Source: Actinomycetota bacterium
Lineage (GTDB): Bacteria; Actinomycetota; Acidimicrobiia; Acidimicrobiales; Acidimicrobilacustridaceae
Length of the DNA: 56,483 nucleotides
Assembly: GCA_009703275.1 (NCBI GenBank)
Contig: WLGJ01000001.1
Location: 1 to 56,483, forward strand
Direction: 5' to 3'
Both the position numbers and the translations under genes were made by a program. This document shows positions 25,848 through 36,857 of this stretch, one piece after another. Numbering within the stretch: the stretch's first letter is position 1; each line of letters starts with the position of its first letter. The notes below the pieces were generated by a model. That model had not been told where the DNA came from and searched no databases. It was given only the letters and a program-made list of their open reading frames with translations.

Positions 25848-28202
25848 ATGGGGGAGATAGGGGAGCTCAAAGACGCCGTGGTCGTCGATCTCTCGACGAA
25901 CCTGAGCGGCGCGTACTGCGCAAAGTTGTTTGCCGACTCCGGCGCCACAGTGACCCGAGTGGAACCACCCGAGGGCGACCCGCAGCGTCACGCGCAATGG
26001 TCGGGCGTGCCCACAAGCAGTGATGCGCCGCTGTTTCGCTATCTCCGACATGGTCAGCGGTCAGTTACGGCAGTCGCCGGTGAGCCCATCATCGATGAGC
26101 TTTGTGCTGCTGCCGACCTTGTCATCGTGAGTGGTCCACCACCTGGTGAATGGCCAGGCACGGTTGTGCTTGCCGCAACTCCCTACGGACTCACCGGGCC
26201 GTTCGCCGATAGGCCGGCAACGGAGTTCACGTTGCAGGCCGACAGTGGCGCAGTTGCCATCCGCGGCGTGCGCGAGTTTCCACCCATCCAAATGGGCGGG
26301 CGCATCGTTGAATGGGTCGGCGGTGCCTACGGAGCGGTTGCGTCGTTGGCTGCAGTTCGACGTGCGCGTGAAACCGGCACAGGTGAACTGATCGATCTCT
26401 CGGTGTTTGAAGTCGCGAATGTGACTGCAACGAATTACTCCGATCTGTTCAACTCGCTTGCCGGACGACCCGAGCCCGACCCCACAGTGCCGCCGCGCAA
26501 TGTTGAGATTCCGTCGATTGAACCAACGCTCGATGGTTGGGTTGGTTTCAATACCAACACCCGTGATCAGTGGGACTCGTTCTGCATTCTGATTGAGCGT
26601 CCCGATCTGCTCGAATCAGCAGAGTTCGCCGCGCTTGCGACTCGCAACGCTCGTGCCGCCGAGTGGAACGCGATGGTTCGCGAGTACACCACCAAGCACA
26701 CCACTGCAGAGATCGTTGAAGCTGCTGCAGCGTTGCGAATTCCCGTTGCGCCAGTTGCCGACGGAAAAATCATTCTCGAACTCGATCACCCACAGGAGCG
26801 CGGTGTGTTTCTGCGCGATCCATTGGACGAGTTCTCAATGCCGCGTCGGCCGTACCTGATCGACGGAGTGTCGGGCAGCGCGCCACAGCCTGCGCCTGCC
26901 GTAGGTGCCGAGAACGGCGAGGCCATCCCGGTTCGAACGCCGCGGCCGCAGGCAACTGCCGATTCGGTTGCACTTCCGCTTGCTGGCATCACCGTTCTTG
27001 ATCTCACCGCATGGTGGGCAGGCCCTACGGCCGCAGGGATGCTTGCCACGCTTGGCGCCGAAGTCATCCACGTTGAATCAACCCGGCGTATTGATGGCAT
27101 GCGAACAGCGGGCGGCATGTTCTACAGCCGTCCTCAGTGGTGGGAGTACAGCGCATTCTTCTTGTCGGCCAATACCAACAAGTACGACGTCACCCTTGAC
27201 CTTGATCGTCCTGAAGGTCGAGCGCTTGCTCTTGAACTCGTCGCAAAGGCCGACATCGTCATCGAGAACTTCACTCCTCGCGTTGTTGAAGCATTCGATC
27301 TCGACTGGGATGTCATCAAGAGTGTGAACCCGCGAGCAGTGATGGTGCGTATGCCTGCGTTCGGCCTTGACGGCCCATGGCGCGACCGCCCCGGCTTTGC
27401 TCAAACCATGGAACAGATCACCGGCTTGGCATGGATGACTGGTCACCCCGAAGACCAGCCTCGAATTCAGCGTGGACCGTGTGACCCCAACGGCGGATTG
27501 CACGCTGCATTTGGTGCGCTCATCGGTTTGCAGCATCGCGACCGCACCGGTGAGGGTTGTCTCATTGAGGCTCCGATGTTTGAAGCGGCGATCAACGTCG
27601 CGGCCGAGCCTGTTATCGAATGGACTGCTCACAATCTCCGGGTTGAGCGAGAAGGCAACCGCAGTCCTTATGCGGCGCCACAGAACTTGTACGCATGTCA
27701 AGGCTTTGAGAATTGGTTGGCCGTTTCGTGTGCGACTGACGAGCAATGGAAGTCCCTTGCAGCAGTGATCGGTCATCCCGAACTTGCTGACGATCCATCG
27801 CTGGCAACTCTTGTCGACCGGCGACGTGAGCATGATCGACTCGATGTGTTGATTGGGGAGTGGGCCGCGCAGCAAGAGTTGAGCGCAGCGGTCGCAACGC
27901 TTGTGGCCGCTGGTGTTCCTGCAGCCGAAACCCGAGACAATCGACGGTCTTCGGGCCATCCGCAGAATGTCTTCCGTGGGTATTGCGAAGACGTCGATCA
28001 TTCAGTCGTCGGAATCCATCCGACCCCGACGCTTCCGTTCCGATATGGGAGCGTTGATCACTGGGTGCGTCGTCCGGCTCCGACGCTTGGGCAGCACAAC
28101 AAGGAAATTCTTGGCGGGATGCTTGGGCATTCCGATGCAGAACTTGCTGAACTGGAAGAAAAGGGCATCATCGGCGATTGGCCGATGGGCATAGAACGCT
28201 AA
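25848..28202 (+). CDS. Tandem (double-domain) CaiB/BaiF class III CoA-transferase
   Basis: Two CaiB halves (VVDLS..LSGAYCAKLFAD.GA.V.RVEPP.GD and PLAGITVLDLTAWWAGP...GAEVIHVES), ENFTP, APTLGQHN. Confidence 0.92.
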   Translation: MGEIGELKDAVVVDLSTNLSGAYCAKLFADSGATVTRVEPPEGDPQRHAQWSGVPTSSDAPLFRYLRHGQRSVTAVAGEPIIDELCAAADLVIVSGPPPGEWPGTVVLAATPYGLTGPFADRPATEFTLQADSGAVAIRGVREFPPIQMGGRIVEWVGGAYGAVASLAAVRRARETGTGELIDLSVFEVANVTATNYSDLFNSLAGRPEPDPTVPPRNVEIPSIEPTLDGWVGFNTNTRDQWDSFCILIERPDLLESAEFAALATRNARAAEWNAMVREYTTKHTTAEIVEAAAALRIPVAPVADGKIILELDHPQERGVFLRDPLDEFSMPRRPYLIDGVSGSAPQPAPAVGAENGEAIPVRTPRPQATADSVALPLAGITVLDLTAWWAGPTAAGMLATLGAEVIHVESTRRIDGMRTAGGMFYSRPQWWEYSAFFLSANTNKYDVTLDLDRPEGRALALELVAKADIVIENFTPRVVEAFDLDWDVIKSVNPRAVMVRMPAFGLDGPWRDRPGFAQTMEQITGLAWMTGHPEDQPRIQRGPCDPNGGLHAAFGALIGLQHRDRTGEGCLIEAPMFEAAINVAAEPVIEWTAHNLRVEREGNRSPYAAPQNLYACQGFENWLAVSCATDEQWKSLAAVIGHPELADDPSLATLVDRRREHDRLDVLIGEWAAQQELSAAVATLVAAGVPAAETRDNRRSSGHPQNVFRGYCEDVDHSVVGIHPTPTLPFRYGSVDHWVRRPAPTLGQHNKEILGGMLGHSDAELAELEEKGIIGDWPMGIER

Positions 28203-28240
28203 GTATCCATCGCTGGAAATTGTTTTAGGAGAACTCGACC

Positions 28241-29404
28241 ATGACTGATCTTTTCGATACCTACAAGGTGATCGACGTCGATACGCATCTCACCGAACCG
28301 CCAGACACATGGACGCGTTCATTTCCGGCGTCGCTACACGACAAGGTTCCTCATATCGAGCGCGTCGATGGTGTGGATCAGTGGATGGTGAGCGGCGAAC
28401 GAATCGGTGCTCCCGGTTACTACTCAATGGCCGGGTTTGACGGCATCATGCCGATCAGTACGCCGAAGACGTTCGACGACATTCATCCCGCAATGTTCGA
28501 CGCAAAGGCACGTTTGGCGTTCCTTGATGAAGAAGGTGTCGACGCGCAGATCCTCTATCCCAACGTGGGTGGATTCGGCAACGGGTACTTCCTTCGTCTC
28601 GGCGATCGTGAACTCGTTGCACAGTGCGTGCGTGCCTACAACGATTTTCTCACCGACTGGTGCAGTGCCGACCCCGCTCGTTTGATTCCGATTTCCGCCG
28701 TTCCGTTTTGGGATCTCGATCTGGCAATTAGTGAAATCGAGCGTTGTCTCGACATGGGCCACAAGGCCATCAACTTCTGCAACCAGCCGCAGGACTACGG
28801 CCAGCCGCCGTTGGCGAGCAAGCACTGGGACCCGATTTGGAAGACGGTGCAGGACGCAGGTGTGCCGGTGAGTTTCCACGTTGGTGGCGGCTCGATGGGA
28901 ACACTGTTCGAAGACACCGCCAACATGGGCTGGATGACGAACTTCGCCAAGGTGTCGTCGATGATTTTCATGGACAACATGCGTTGCATGGCTGATCTCA
29001 TCTTCGGTGGCATGTGTCATCGATTCCCAGAACTCAAGTTCGTTTCGGTTGAGTCGGGTGTTGGCTGGTTGCCCGGAGCACTTGAAACTTTCGATTGGCA
29101 GTGGAACAACGGTGGGGTTCGTGATGAACACCCCGAATACGAACTCACTCCGAGCGAATACTTCCGTCGTCAGCTCTACGGTTGTTTCTGGTTTGAACAG
29201 AAGTCGGCCCTTGCGGCAATCGACGTGCTTCCCGACAACATCATGTTCGAGACCGACTATCCGCATCCCACGTGCATGCACCCTGGTCCGCGCACTGCGG
29301 CCACACGTCCACGCGAATATGCGCAAGAACTGCTCGGAGGACTTCCCGAAGATGTCATCCGCAAAGTTCTCTACGAGACTGCAGCCAAGGTCTACGGCAT
29401 CTGA
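28241..29404 (+). CDS. Amidohydrolase_2 family metallo-hydrolase/decarboxylase
   Basis: IDVDTHLTEP, RAYND, SFHVG, VESGVGW, FETDYPHP. AGGAGA RBS. Confidence 0.92.
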   Translation: MTDLFDTYKVIDVDTHLTEPPDTWTRSFPASLHDKVPHIERVDGVDQWMVSGERIGAPGYYSMAGFDGIMPISTPKTFDDIHPAMFDAKARLAFLDEEGVDAQILYPNVGGFGNGYFLRLGDRELVAQCVRAYNDFLTDWCSADPARLIPISAVPFWDLDLAISEIERCLDMGHKAINFCNQPQDYGQPPLASKHWDPIWKTVQDAGVPVSFHVGGGSMGTLFEDTANMGWMTNFAKVSSMIFMDNMRCMADLIFGGMCHRFPELKFVSVESGVGWLPGALETFDWQWNNGGVRDEHPEYELTPSEYFRRQLYGCFWFEQKSALAAIDVLPDNIMFETDYPHPTCMHPGPRTAATRPREYAQELLGGLPEDVIRKVLYETAAKVYGI

Positions 29405-30186
29405 TGGTCGCGTCGGTTGTGCCACCTGAGTTTGGTTCTGCGTTCATCATTTCTGAAGTACGCGGTCGAACACTTCATTTGCGTATTGACCGCATTGAAC
29501 GTCGCAACGCGTTCACTCAGGACATGTATCGGGCGCTCAAGCGTGCAGCTATCTGGGCCGATGGGCAGCCCGAACTCGATTCGGTGTGCCTTACCGGAAC
29601 CGACAAGTGGTTTGCCGCTGGCGGCGATATGGCTGGCAAGTCAGAAGATCCCGAGGGTCTTGCGAATGAATGGGACGCCACCGACAATTTCCCGTTCCGC
29701 CACATTGAACGTTGTCGCAAGATCTGGGTGGCTCGCATAAATGGCCTGTGTCACGCGGGCGGACTCGATCTCGCGTTGCATTGCGATGTGGTGATTGCTT
29801 CGGCAGATGCACGGTTCCGAATTCCAGAACTCCTGCGCGGGATTCCTGATCCGTTTATGTCGGCCCGAATCGCCGAAGCCATCGGGATCGCAAAGGCGAG
29901 GTACCTCTTCTTTACTGCTGCGGAGATTTCTGCAACCGAAGCCGACCAAATGGGACTCATCGGCAAAGTCGTCCCTCATGATGAACTTGAGGCCCAGACC
30001 GAATGGGTTCTCGAGCAGATTTCTCTCACGGGGCCTGAGGCGCGTGCAGCAATTAAACGGGATCTCAACGCCCGTTTGCCCATGTCTGACACCGGTCTCT
30101 TTCATCGAACGATGATGAGCCCGGAAATGGTCGAGGGAATGCGGGCATTTGTCGAGAAGCGTCCTGTCGATTGGCCGAGGGGCTGA
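29404..30186 (+). CDS. Enoyl-CoA hydratase/isomerase family
   Basis: RRNAF, FAAGGDM, INGLCHAGG..LAL.CD, PEL.RG, EG..AF.EKR. Confidence 0.9.
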   Translation: MVASVVPPEFGSAFIISEVRGRTLHLRIDRIERRNAFTQDMYRALKRAAIWADGQPELDSVCLTGTDKWFAAGGDMAGKSEDPEGLANEWDATDNFPFRHIERCRKIWVARINGLCHAGGLDLALHCDVVIASADARFRIPELLRGIPDPFMSARIAEAIGIAKARYLFFTAAEISATEADQMGLIGKVVPHDELEAQTEWVLEQISLTGPEARAAIKRDLNARLPMSDTGLFHRTMMSPEMVEGMRAFVEKRPVDWPRG

Positions 30187-30226
30187 CAGAGAGACCCAGT
30201 CGGTCGCCGGTACTGTTGGGCTTGGC

Positions 30227-32383
30227 ATGAAGAAGCTGATTCAGTTTGGGGCCGCGATTTTCAGCGGGGGCGTCATCGTCGCTGTGGCGATGGCAATTCT
30301 CATTCCCTCGGTTGCCCGAGTCGCTTCTGCCGTCGAGGGTGGCGATGGCGCCATCGACGTTTCCCAGTTTCAGGACTATGCGGTTCGTTCTCAGGTGTTT
30401 GCATCAGATGGCTCGCTAATCGCGACACTGCATGCCGCAGAAAATCGTGACCCAGTGCCCCTGTCGGCGATGCCCGACACCATCAAAGATGCTGTGCTCT
30501 CCGTCGAAGACGCACAGTTCTACGAACACATCGGCATCAACCTCCGCGGTCTGTTTCGCGCCTTGGTCGAAAACGTTCAATCGGGCGAAGTTGAGCAGGG
30601 CGGTTCAACAATCACTCAGCAGCTCGTGAAGAAAGCGTTGCTGAGCGATGAGCGCGTTCTCAACCGCAAGACCAAAGAAGCAGCGCTTGCGATTCGCCTC
30701 GAAGGTCAGGTGACAAAGGACGAGATCCTCGAGCTGTATCTCAACACTGTCTATTTCGGTAATGGCGCCTACGGAGTTCAGGCCGCTGCTGAAACCTATT
30801 GGGGCAAACCTGTTGCTGATCTGACGTTGGTCGATAGCGCTCTGTTGGCGTCGTTGATTTCAAACCCCGTGGGCAATGATCCAATCCTGCATCCAAAGAA
30901 GGCGAAGAGTGAGCGCAAACTTGCTCTCGACCGGATGGCGGACAACGGCGTGATCACCAGTGCGCAGGCTGCCGAGTTCGACGCAATGCCACTCCCCGTT
31001 GGTCGTTGCACTGGAGTTGTGGCGGGCTTCCGACCCACCGATTGCGGCGGGATTACACAACCTCCAGAAGAGAGTTACTTCGTTCAAGAGGTGCGTCAGC
31101 AACTTCTTGCCGATACTCGTCTTGGTGCCACTTACGAAGAGCGCTACGCCCAGGTGTTTGGTGGAGGTCTCAAGATCTACACAACGCTCGACCCGATTGC
31201 GCAGAATGCTGCCCAAGACGCGCACGACAACACGTTTCCGGCAAACGTTCGCGCCGAAGCTGATTCCAAAGGAATCACGACCGCAATGGTTTCGGTTGAG
31301 TCGGCAACTGGAGCAGTGCGCGCCCTCGTCGGCGGGCCCGGCTTCGCCGATTACAAGTACGACATCGCCACACATGAGCCGGGTCGTCAGACCGGTTCAA
31401 CCTTTAAGACCTTTGTGCTCCTGACAGCGCTGGAACAGGGCGTGTTGCCTGATGACACCGTCGGCGGTGGCGGTTCATGGCCAAACCCCGGCAGTACGCC
31501 CAATCCCTATGTCATCACCGGTGGTGGCGGAACGCTCAATGGCGTGACGGCGTCGTCATCGAACGGAGCGTTCGTTCGTCTTGGTCAAACTGTTGGTCTC
31601 GAAAACGTGATGTACACCGCGCAGCGACTTGGTGTGAGCAGCCAGTTCGATCCACGTGCGAAGTCAATGCCGCTTGGCGTCTTCGATGTGACACCGCTCG
31701 AAATGGCCTCGGCGTATTCGGCGATTCCGAACGGTGGAGTTCGCGAGCCTTCGTATTTCATTGATCGTGTTGAAGACCGCACGGGCACGGTGTTGATTGA
31801 GCACGAAGCGAATCCGACTCGCGGAGTGAGTTGGCAGAGCGCATGCCTCGCCACACAGATTCTTGCCAACAATGTTCAATACGGCACCGGTACCAATGCT
31901 CAGCTGAATGGCCAGCCTGCTGCAGGGAAGACCGGAACCACTGAGAGCAACTCAAACACGTGGTTCGTGGGTTTCACCCCACAGCTCACAACGGCAGTCT
32001 GGATGGGTATTCCTTCCGAAGGTACCAAGCCCATGGGCAATCTTGGTGGTCGCGAGCAGTTTGGTGGTTTGTGGCCAGCAACGATCTGGCACAACTACAA
32101 CCAGGCCTACATCGACGAGGCGAAGCCGAAGCGGGGCGAGTGGCCGAGGTGTGCTGCCCCCACAAGGGAACCCAAACCAGCATCGGGCGCGAGTGACCCC
32201 TATGGCATTCTGAACGGCGCTGAGCCGAAGGTTGAAGAGGCCACGACAACGACCACGAGGCCGTCTACAACGACCACCACGCGCCCTAGGTCGACTACCT
32301 CGAGTTCATCCACGACGTCAACCACTCAGCGCCCGAGGCCCACAACCACGACGACAACGGTGCCCCCTCCCGGTCCAAACTGA
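30227..32383 (+). CDS. Class A penicillin-binding protein (transglycosylase/transpeptidase)
   Basis: EDAQFYEH, GGSTITQQLVK, RKTKE, YLNTVYFG. SxxK STFK, SxN, KTGT. Thr/Ser/Pro-rich tail. Confidence 0.95.
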   Translation: MKKLIQFGAAIFSGGVIVAVAMAILIPSVARVASAVEGGDGAIDVSQFQDYAVRSQVFASDGSLIATLHAAENRDPVPLSAMPDTIKDAVLSVEDAQFYEHIGINLRGLFRALVENVQSGEVEQGGSTITQQLVKKALLSDERVLNRKTKEAALAIRLEGQVTKDEILELYLNTVYFGNGAYGVQAAAETYWGKPVADLTLVDSALLASLISNPVGNDPILHPKKAKSERKLALDRMADNGVITSAQAAEFDAMPLPVGRCTGVVAGFRPTDCGGITQPPEESYFVQEVRQQLLADTRLGATYEERYAQVFGGGLKIYTTLDPIAQNAAQDAHDNTFPANVRAEADSKGITTAMVSVESATGAVRALVGGPGFADYKYDIATHEPGRQTGSTFKTFVLLTALEQGVLPDDTVGGGGSWPNPGSTPNPYVITGGGGTLNGVTASSSNGAFVRLGQTVGLENVMYTAQRLGVSSQFDPRAKSMPLGVFDVTPLEMASAYSAIPNGGVREPSYFIDRVEDRTGTVLIEHEANPTRGVSWQSACLATQILANNVQYGTGTNAQLNGQPAAGKTGTTESNSNTWFVGFTPQLTTAVWMGIPSEGTKPMGNLGGREQFGGLWPATIWHNYNQAYIDEAKPKRGEWPRCAAPTREPKPASGASDPYGILNGAEPKVEEATTTTTRPSTTTTTRPRSTTSSSSTTSTTQRPRPTTTTTTVPPPGPN

Positions 32384-32424
32384 TCGATGCGACAGCAAGG
32401 GCACCCACGCGTAAGGCTGTGCCC

Positions 32425-33138
32425 ATGAGTGATCTTGAGCGGCTCCTGGATCTACAGGCCAATGACACCGCCGCCGACCAATTGCGTCATCGTCGCAAGG
32501 TCTTGCCGGAGCGTGAGACGTTGGTTGAACTCGATCGTAAAGAAAGTGCGCTGCGGGCAGAGGTGGCAGAACCACAGGCCGAGCGCGACGGTTTGGCTCG
32601 CGATCAGAAGCGGCTGGAAGACGAGATTGCAACCGTTGAAGGAAAAGCAGCACACGTCGAGAAGCAGCTCTACGACGGATCGATGACCTCGCCGAAGGAA
32701 GCTCAGGCCCTTCAGGCCGATCTCGAATCACTGAAGCGTCGGCAATCAACGCTTGAAGATGAAGTGATTGAACTTATGGAGCGAATCGAACCGCTCGATG
32801 AGCAACTTGCAGCATCGGTTGTAGCGCTTGGTGCGATCGATGCAGAGCGGGAGCAGGTCAAGGCCTCGCTTGCGTCATCTGAGAATGTTGTCGACAGCGA
32901 ACTCGCGGAAACTTTGGCGGCACGGCAAGCTCTCGTCGATGCGGTGCCCGCAACGTTGATTACTGAATACGAGCGCATTCGTGGGGGAGAGGGCGGTATT
33001 GGTGTCGCCCGTCTTCAGGGAGCCACCTGTATGGGCTGCCATATCTCTATGGCCGCGGCCGAGGTCGACGTCATGAAGCGAATGCCCGCTGATGAACTCG
33101 CATACTGCCCCGATTGCGGGAGATTGCTCGTCCGATGA
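32425..33138 (+). CDS. Coiled-coil + C4 zinc-ribbon protein (Rv2229c/DUF164-like)
   Basis: Long coiled coil followed by YERIR...CMGC...CPDCGRLL. Confidence 0.9.
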   Translation: MSDLERLLDLQANDTAADQLRHRRKVLPERETLVELDRKESALRAEVAEPQAERDGLARDQKRLEDEIATVEGKAAHVEKQLYDGSMTSPKEAQALQADLESLKRRQSTLEDEVIELMERIEPLDEQLAASVVALGAIDAEREQVKASLASSENVVDSELAETLAARQALVDAVPATLITEYERIRGGEGGIGVARLQGATCMGCHISMAAAEVDVMKRMPADELAYCPDCGRLLVR

Positions 33139-33632
33139 TCCTCTGGTTCGCCGGAGTCAGTTTCGTTTTCGTGTGGTGGGTGTTCCGGAGCCCAGCACTC
33201 GATTACCGATTGGTGATGCTTGGAGCAGTTCTTCCCATGGGGGAGTTCTTCCTCGGTGGTCCGCGTGTGCTGCATTCGCTACTTGCTCCCGTTGCGCTTC
33301 TGGGCATCTTGATGCTGGCAACACAGAAGCGTCGCCTCGTGCGTCGCCGATGGATCGGTATCCCGATCGGCATGATGATGCATCTTGTCCTTGATGGCAT
33401 CTGGGCCCGACCCGAAGTGTTCTGGTGGCCATTCTTTGGACTCGATTTTGGAACCGAAGGGCTGCCGGAACTTGGTCATCCGATTGCAGTCACGTTGTTG
33501 TTCGAGTTCGTCGGTCTTGGATGTCTCGTGTGGGCATGGCGTGCGTTTGATTTTTCGAATCCTCAAATTCGCGACCGATTCTTTCGCACAGGGCAGCTCT
33601 CTCGTTCGGTACCCAAACCTCCAACCTGTTAG
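33135..33632 (+). CDS. Membrane protein, putative metal-dependent hydrolase (YdjM-like)
   Basis: GAVLP, HSLL, HLVLDGIW, WPFFG. Confidence 0.7.
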   Translation: MILWFAGVSFVFVWWVFRSPALDYRLVMLGAVLPMGEFFLGGPRVLHSLLAPVALLGILMLATQKRRLVRRRWIGIPIGMMMHLVLDGIWARPEVFWWPFFGLDFGTEGLPELGHPIAVTLLFEFVGLGCLVWAWRAFDFSNPQIRDRFFRTGQLSRSVPKPPTC

Positions 33633-33640
33633 GTCACGTC

Positions 33641-34234
33641 ATGCTCCATATCGTTCGTCACGGTCGCACCGAACACAATGCGTCGGGTCTGTTGCTTGGC
33701 CGAATTGATCCGCCGCTCGACGACCTTGGTCGGGATCAGGCCGCCGCACTTGCTGCGACGATCGGTCCGGTGGATCGGTTGATCACGAGTCCGCTGTTAC
33801 GCACGCGACAAACCGCCGAGGCATTTGGTATCGAGCCAGTCGTGGACGATCGATGGATCGAACTGGATTATGGCGACTTCGACGGAGTTCCGCTTTCTTC
33901 GGTCGAACCCGAGATCTGGAAACAGTGGCGCACCGACGCTGATTTCTCTCCTCCTGGCGGAGAATCGCTTCGGGAACTGGGACAGCGTGTCTCTGAAGCA
34001 ATGGACGACTTAGCCCTTGCCGAAGATAGTGATCTGACCACGGTCGTGGTTACGCACGTGTCGCCGATCAAGGCGGCAGTGTGCTGGGCACTGGGTGTCG
34101 ATGATCTTGTGTCTTGGCGTTTATGGGTGGCAACCGCATCGATCACGTCAGTTGCCGTCGGCGGCGGTCTCCGAGCAATGCACGGGTTCAACGACATCGC
34201 GCATCTTCGGGCAGCAGGGTTGGCTGACCGCTAG
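33641..34234 (+). CDS. Histidine phosphatase family protein
   Basis: VRHGRT, SPLLR, ELDYG, PGGES, VVTH..PIK, FND..HL. Confidence 0.93.
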   Translation: MLHIVRHGRTEHNASGLLLGRIDPPLDDLGRDQAAALAATIGPVDRLITSPLLRTRQTAEAFGIEPVVDDRWIELDYGDFDGVPLSSVEPEIWKQWRTDADFSPPGGESLRELGQRVSEAMDDLALAEDSDLTTVVVTHVSPIKAAVCWALGVDDLVSWRLWVATASITSVAVGGGLRAMHGFNDIAHLRAAGLADR

Positions 34235-34270
34235 CGTCAGCGCAGCAAACACCCTCTGAAAGGACATCCA

Positions 34271-34579
34271 ATGACCATCGTGATCCGGGGAACCCTTCCC
34301 GTCCGTGCCGACAAGCGTGACGAAGCAATTGCGGCATTTATTGCGGTGTCAGAGGGTTCGGAATCTGAAGCCGGTTGCCAGGTGTACCGGTTCTCTGAGG
34401 ACGTTCGCGAGCCGAACACGTTCATCATCACCGAGCACTGGGATGACGAGGCTGCTCTGGGTGGTCATTTTCAGACTGCACACATGGCGGCATTCACTTC
34501 GATCGTTGGCGACCTTCTCGCTGGTGCACCCGACGTGGTGAAGTATCAGGTCAGCAGCTTTGGACCGCTCCACGGCTAG
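34271..34579 (+). CDS. ABM-domain protein (putative quinol monooxygenase)
   Basis: E.GC..Y, F...EHW....L..H..TAH. AAGGA RBS. Confidence 0.88.
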   Translation: MTIVIRGTLPVRADKRDEAIAAFIAVSEGSESEAGCQVYRFSEDVREPNTFIITEHWDDEAALGGHFQTAHMAAFTSIVGDLLAGAPDVVKYQVSSFGPLHG

Positions 34580-34604
34580 TCGAAATGCGTGGGACCATCG
34601 TGGG

Positions 34605-35738
34605 ATGAAATCCACGACGGCGTCGTTCTGCGGGCTATTGGGAGTGGTCGCATGTGCAGCGCTGTTTGTCGCCAGTTGTGGAAGCAGTGATGCAGTCGGT
34701 GCAAACGAATCTGCAAGTGCTGTCGCCATTGAGTCGACAACAACAACCGCCCTGCCCATGACGACAACCTCGCTGAAGGTCTATGCGGCAACGGCATTCG
34801 ATCAAACCGACGTACTGATGACCGAACGAGTGGCATCGGCGGGGCTTTCTGGCGGCATGGTGCGCATCGGGCGTGCCGATGGATCGGTGATCCATGAAAA
34901 ATCGATTGGTGCGGTTCGTGGTTCAACGCCGTTGTCGGTGGCTTCATCGACAAAGTGGCTTACAGCCGCGACGTTTATGACGTTCGTTGACCAAGGTGTC
35001 GTTGGCCTTGATGACAACGTTGCGAAATGGCTCCCGGAGTTTTCGAACGACACGCCACCGTTGACACCTCGACAACTGTTGAGCCATACCTCCGGTGTTC
35101 GCGACAACAAGTGTCAGTCCGGAGGAATGTCGTTGAGCGCATGTGTGAAGGTGATTGCATCCTCTGCCCGCCAGTTTCCGGCGGGGTCGAAGTTTTCCTA
35201 CGGCAACTCTGACTTCCTTGTCATCGGTCGTCTCGTTGAAGTGCTCGGCGGTGCCGACTTCGCAACGATTGTGAACCAACGGATCACTGGTCCACTGCAA
35301 ATGAACGCGACCACATGGCCGGGAGCGCCGTCAATGGCGAATGCGGCATTTGGCGTGCGAGTGACGATCGACGACTACGGCAAATTTCTGCAGATGATTT
35401 TGAATCAGGGGATGGTCAACGGAACACGAGCACTAAGCGTGGAAGCCGTTGATGCGCTCATCTCGAATCAGGTTTCTGCCTACGACACCACGAATGACTT
35501 TTCAGTCGGGATAACAAAGATCCCGCGATATGGACTGGGCGGCTGGCCTGATGTGGTCAACGAATTCGGCGGCACTGTTGTTGTGAGCGGAAACGGCGGT
35601 ATGGGTTTTTACCCGTGGGTCGATTACGCAACGAACACGTGGGGGATCATTGGGGTGCAGGATGCACGTGGCGCACAGGTGGCGGTTCCTGCATCGCAGA
35701 AGGTCGAAGTCGAAGCTCGAAACGCTCTCTCTCGCTGA
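34605..35738 (+). CDS. Serine hydrolase / class C beta-lactamase-like lipoprotein
   Basis: Lipobox VASC, SxxK (ASSTK), LLSHTSG, YxN (YGN). Confidence 0.88.
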   Translation: MKSTTASFCGLLGVVACAALFVASCGSSDAVGANESASAVAIESTTTTALPMTTTSLKVYAATAFDQTDVLMTERVASAGLSGGMVRIGRADGSVIHEKSIGAVRGSTPLSVASSTKWLTAATFMTFVDQGVVGLDDNVAKWLPEFSNDTPPLTPRQLLSHTSGVRDNKCQSGGMSLSACVKVIASSARQFPAGSKFSYGNSDFLVIGRLVEVLGGADFATIVNQRITGPLQMNATTWPGAPSMANAAFGVRVTIDDYGKFLQMILNQGMVNGTRALSVEAVDALISNQVSAYDTTNDFSVGITKIPRYGLGGWPDVVNEFGGTVVVSGNGGMGFYPWVDYATNTWGIIGVQDARGAQVAVPASQKVEVEARNALSR

Positions 35739-35796
35739 TGGGGTTCTGAATCTCGGCTGGTGAAGGGTGGTGGGATGAATCTGCGAGACTTGGGTC

Positions 35797-36003
35797 GTGA
35801 ACCGTTGGGACTCAGTGCACGCCGATGCGCTCGCTGATGGCAAAGGTTGGTACTTCGATCCCGACACGAGACTGTTGGTGTTGACAGAGATCGCCCTCCT
35901 TGAGAGAGGTCACTGCTGTAGTTCTGGATGTCGCCATTGCCCGTACCGGGGCACAGCCACCGAATCAGATGGGCCCGAACCATCCGGCGAAGATCGGTCC
36001 TAG
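35797..36003 (+). CDS. Small Cys-rich protein (DUF5522-like)
   Basis: YFDP.T...V.TE..LL.RGHCCSSGCRHCPY. Confidence 0.8.
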   Translation: MNRWDSVHADALADGKGWYFDPDTRLLVLTEIALLERGHCCSSGCRHCPYRGTATESDGPEPSGEDRS

Positions 36004-36086
36004 TTCGGCGAACTGTTCCTGGCTGCGGACAGATCGCGGACAAGGGCCCTCTTGGGCGGAGATCGTCTACCTGTTTTGGGTGCGAT

Positions 36087-36450
<364 letters not shown>

Positions 36451-36467
36451 ATCGCCCGGTCAGTCTG

Positions 36468-36845
36468 TCACGGTGCGGGGCGAACGACCACAGAGCCCTT
36501 CATGGAGTTATGGAAATCGCAGTAATAGTCGTAGTTTCCCGCCGAAGTGAAGGTTTGACTCCACGAACCCGACGGCTTGATGGCGCCGGAGTGGAGTTTG
36601 TTAGGTGCCACAAACTTCAAGTCGTGGGAGGCGACATCGTCGTTGATCCACATGACTGATCCACCCACTTCGATTTCAATTTCTCGTGGTTCAAACTTTC
36701 CGTCTGCGATGTGGATCGTCGCAGCGATCGCTGGTGGGTTCTCACCTGATGACGATGTTGAATTCGTTCCGCAGGATGTGGCGGCAAGCGCAACAAGTGC
36801 GAACAGGGCGATGCCGAAGAATTTGGCGACCGGTGTGCGGTTCAT
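36468..36845 (-). CDS. Cupredoxin (type 1 copper) lipoprotein
   Basis: Lipobox ATSC, W.N.D..SH, YYCDFHNSMKG (His/Cys/His/Met ligands). Confidence 0.9.
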   Translation of the reverse strand: MNRTPVAKFFGIALFALVALAATSCGTNSTSSSGENPPAIAATIHIADGKFEPREIEIEVGGSVMWINDDVASHDLKFVAPNKLHSGAIKPSGSWSQTFTSAGNYDYYCDFHNSMKGSVVVRPAP

Positions 36846-36857
36846 TGGTGCACCAAC

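Noticed and set aside
32241-32380. ACC/ACG-rich low-complexity tract as a DNA repeat element
   Set aside because: It encodes the Thr/Ser/Pro-rich tail typical of actinobacterial class A PBPs.
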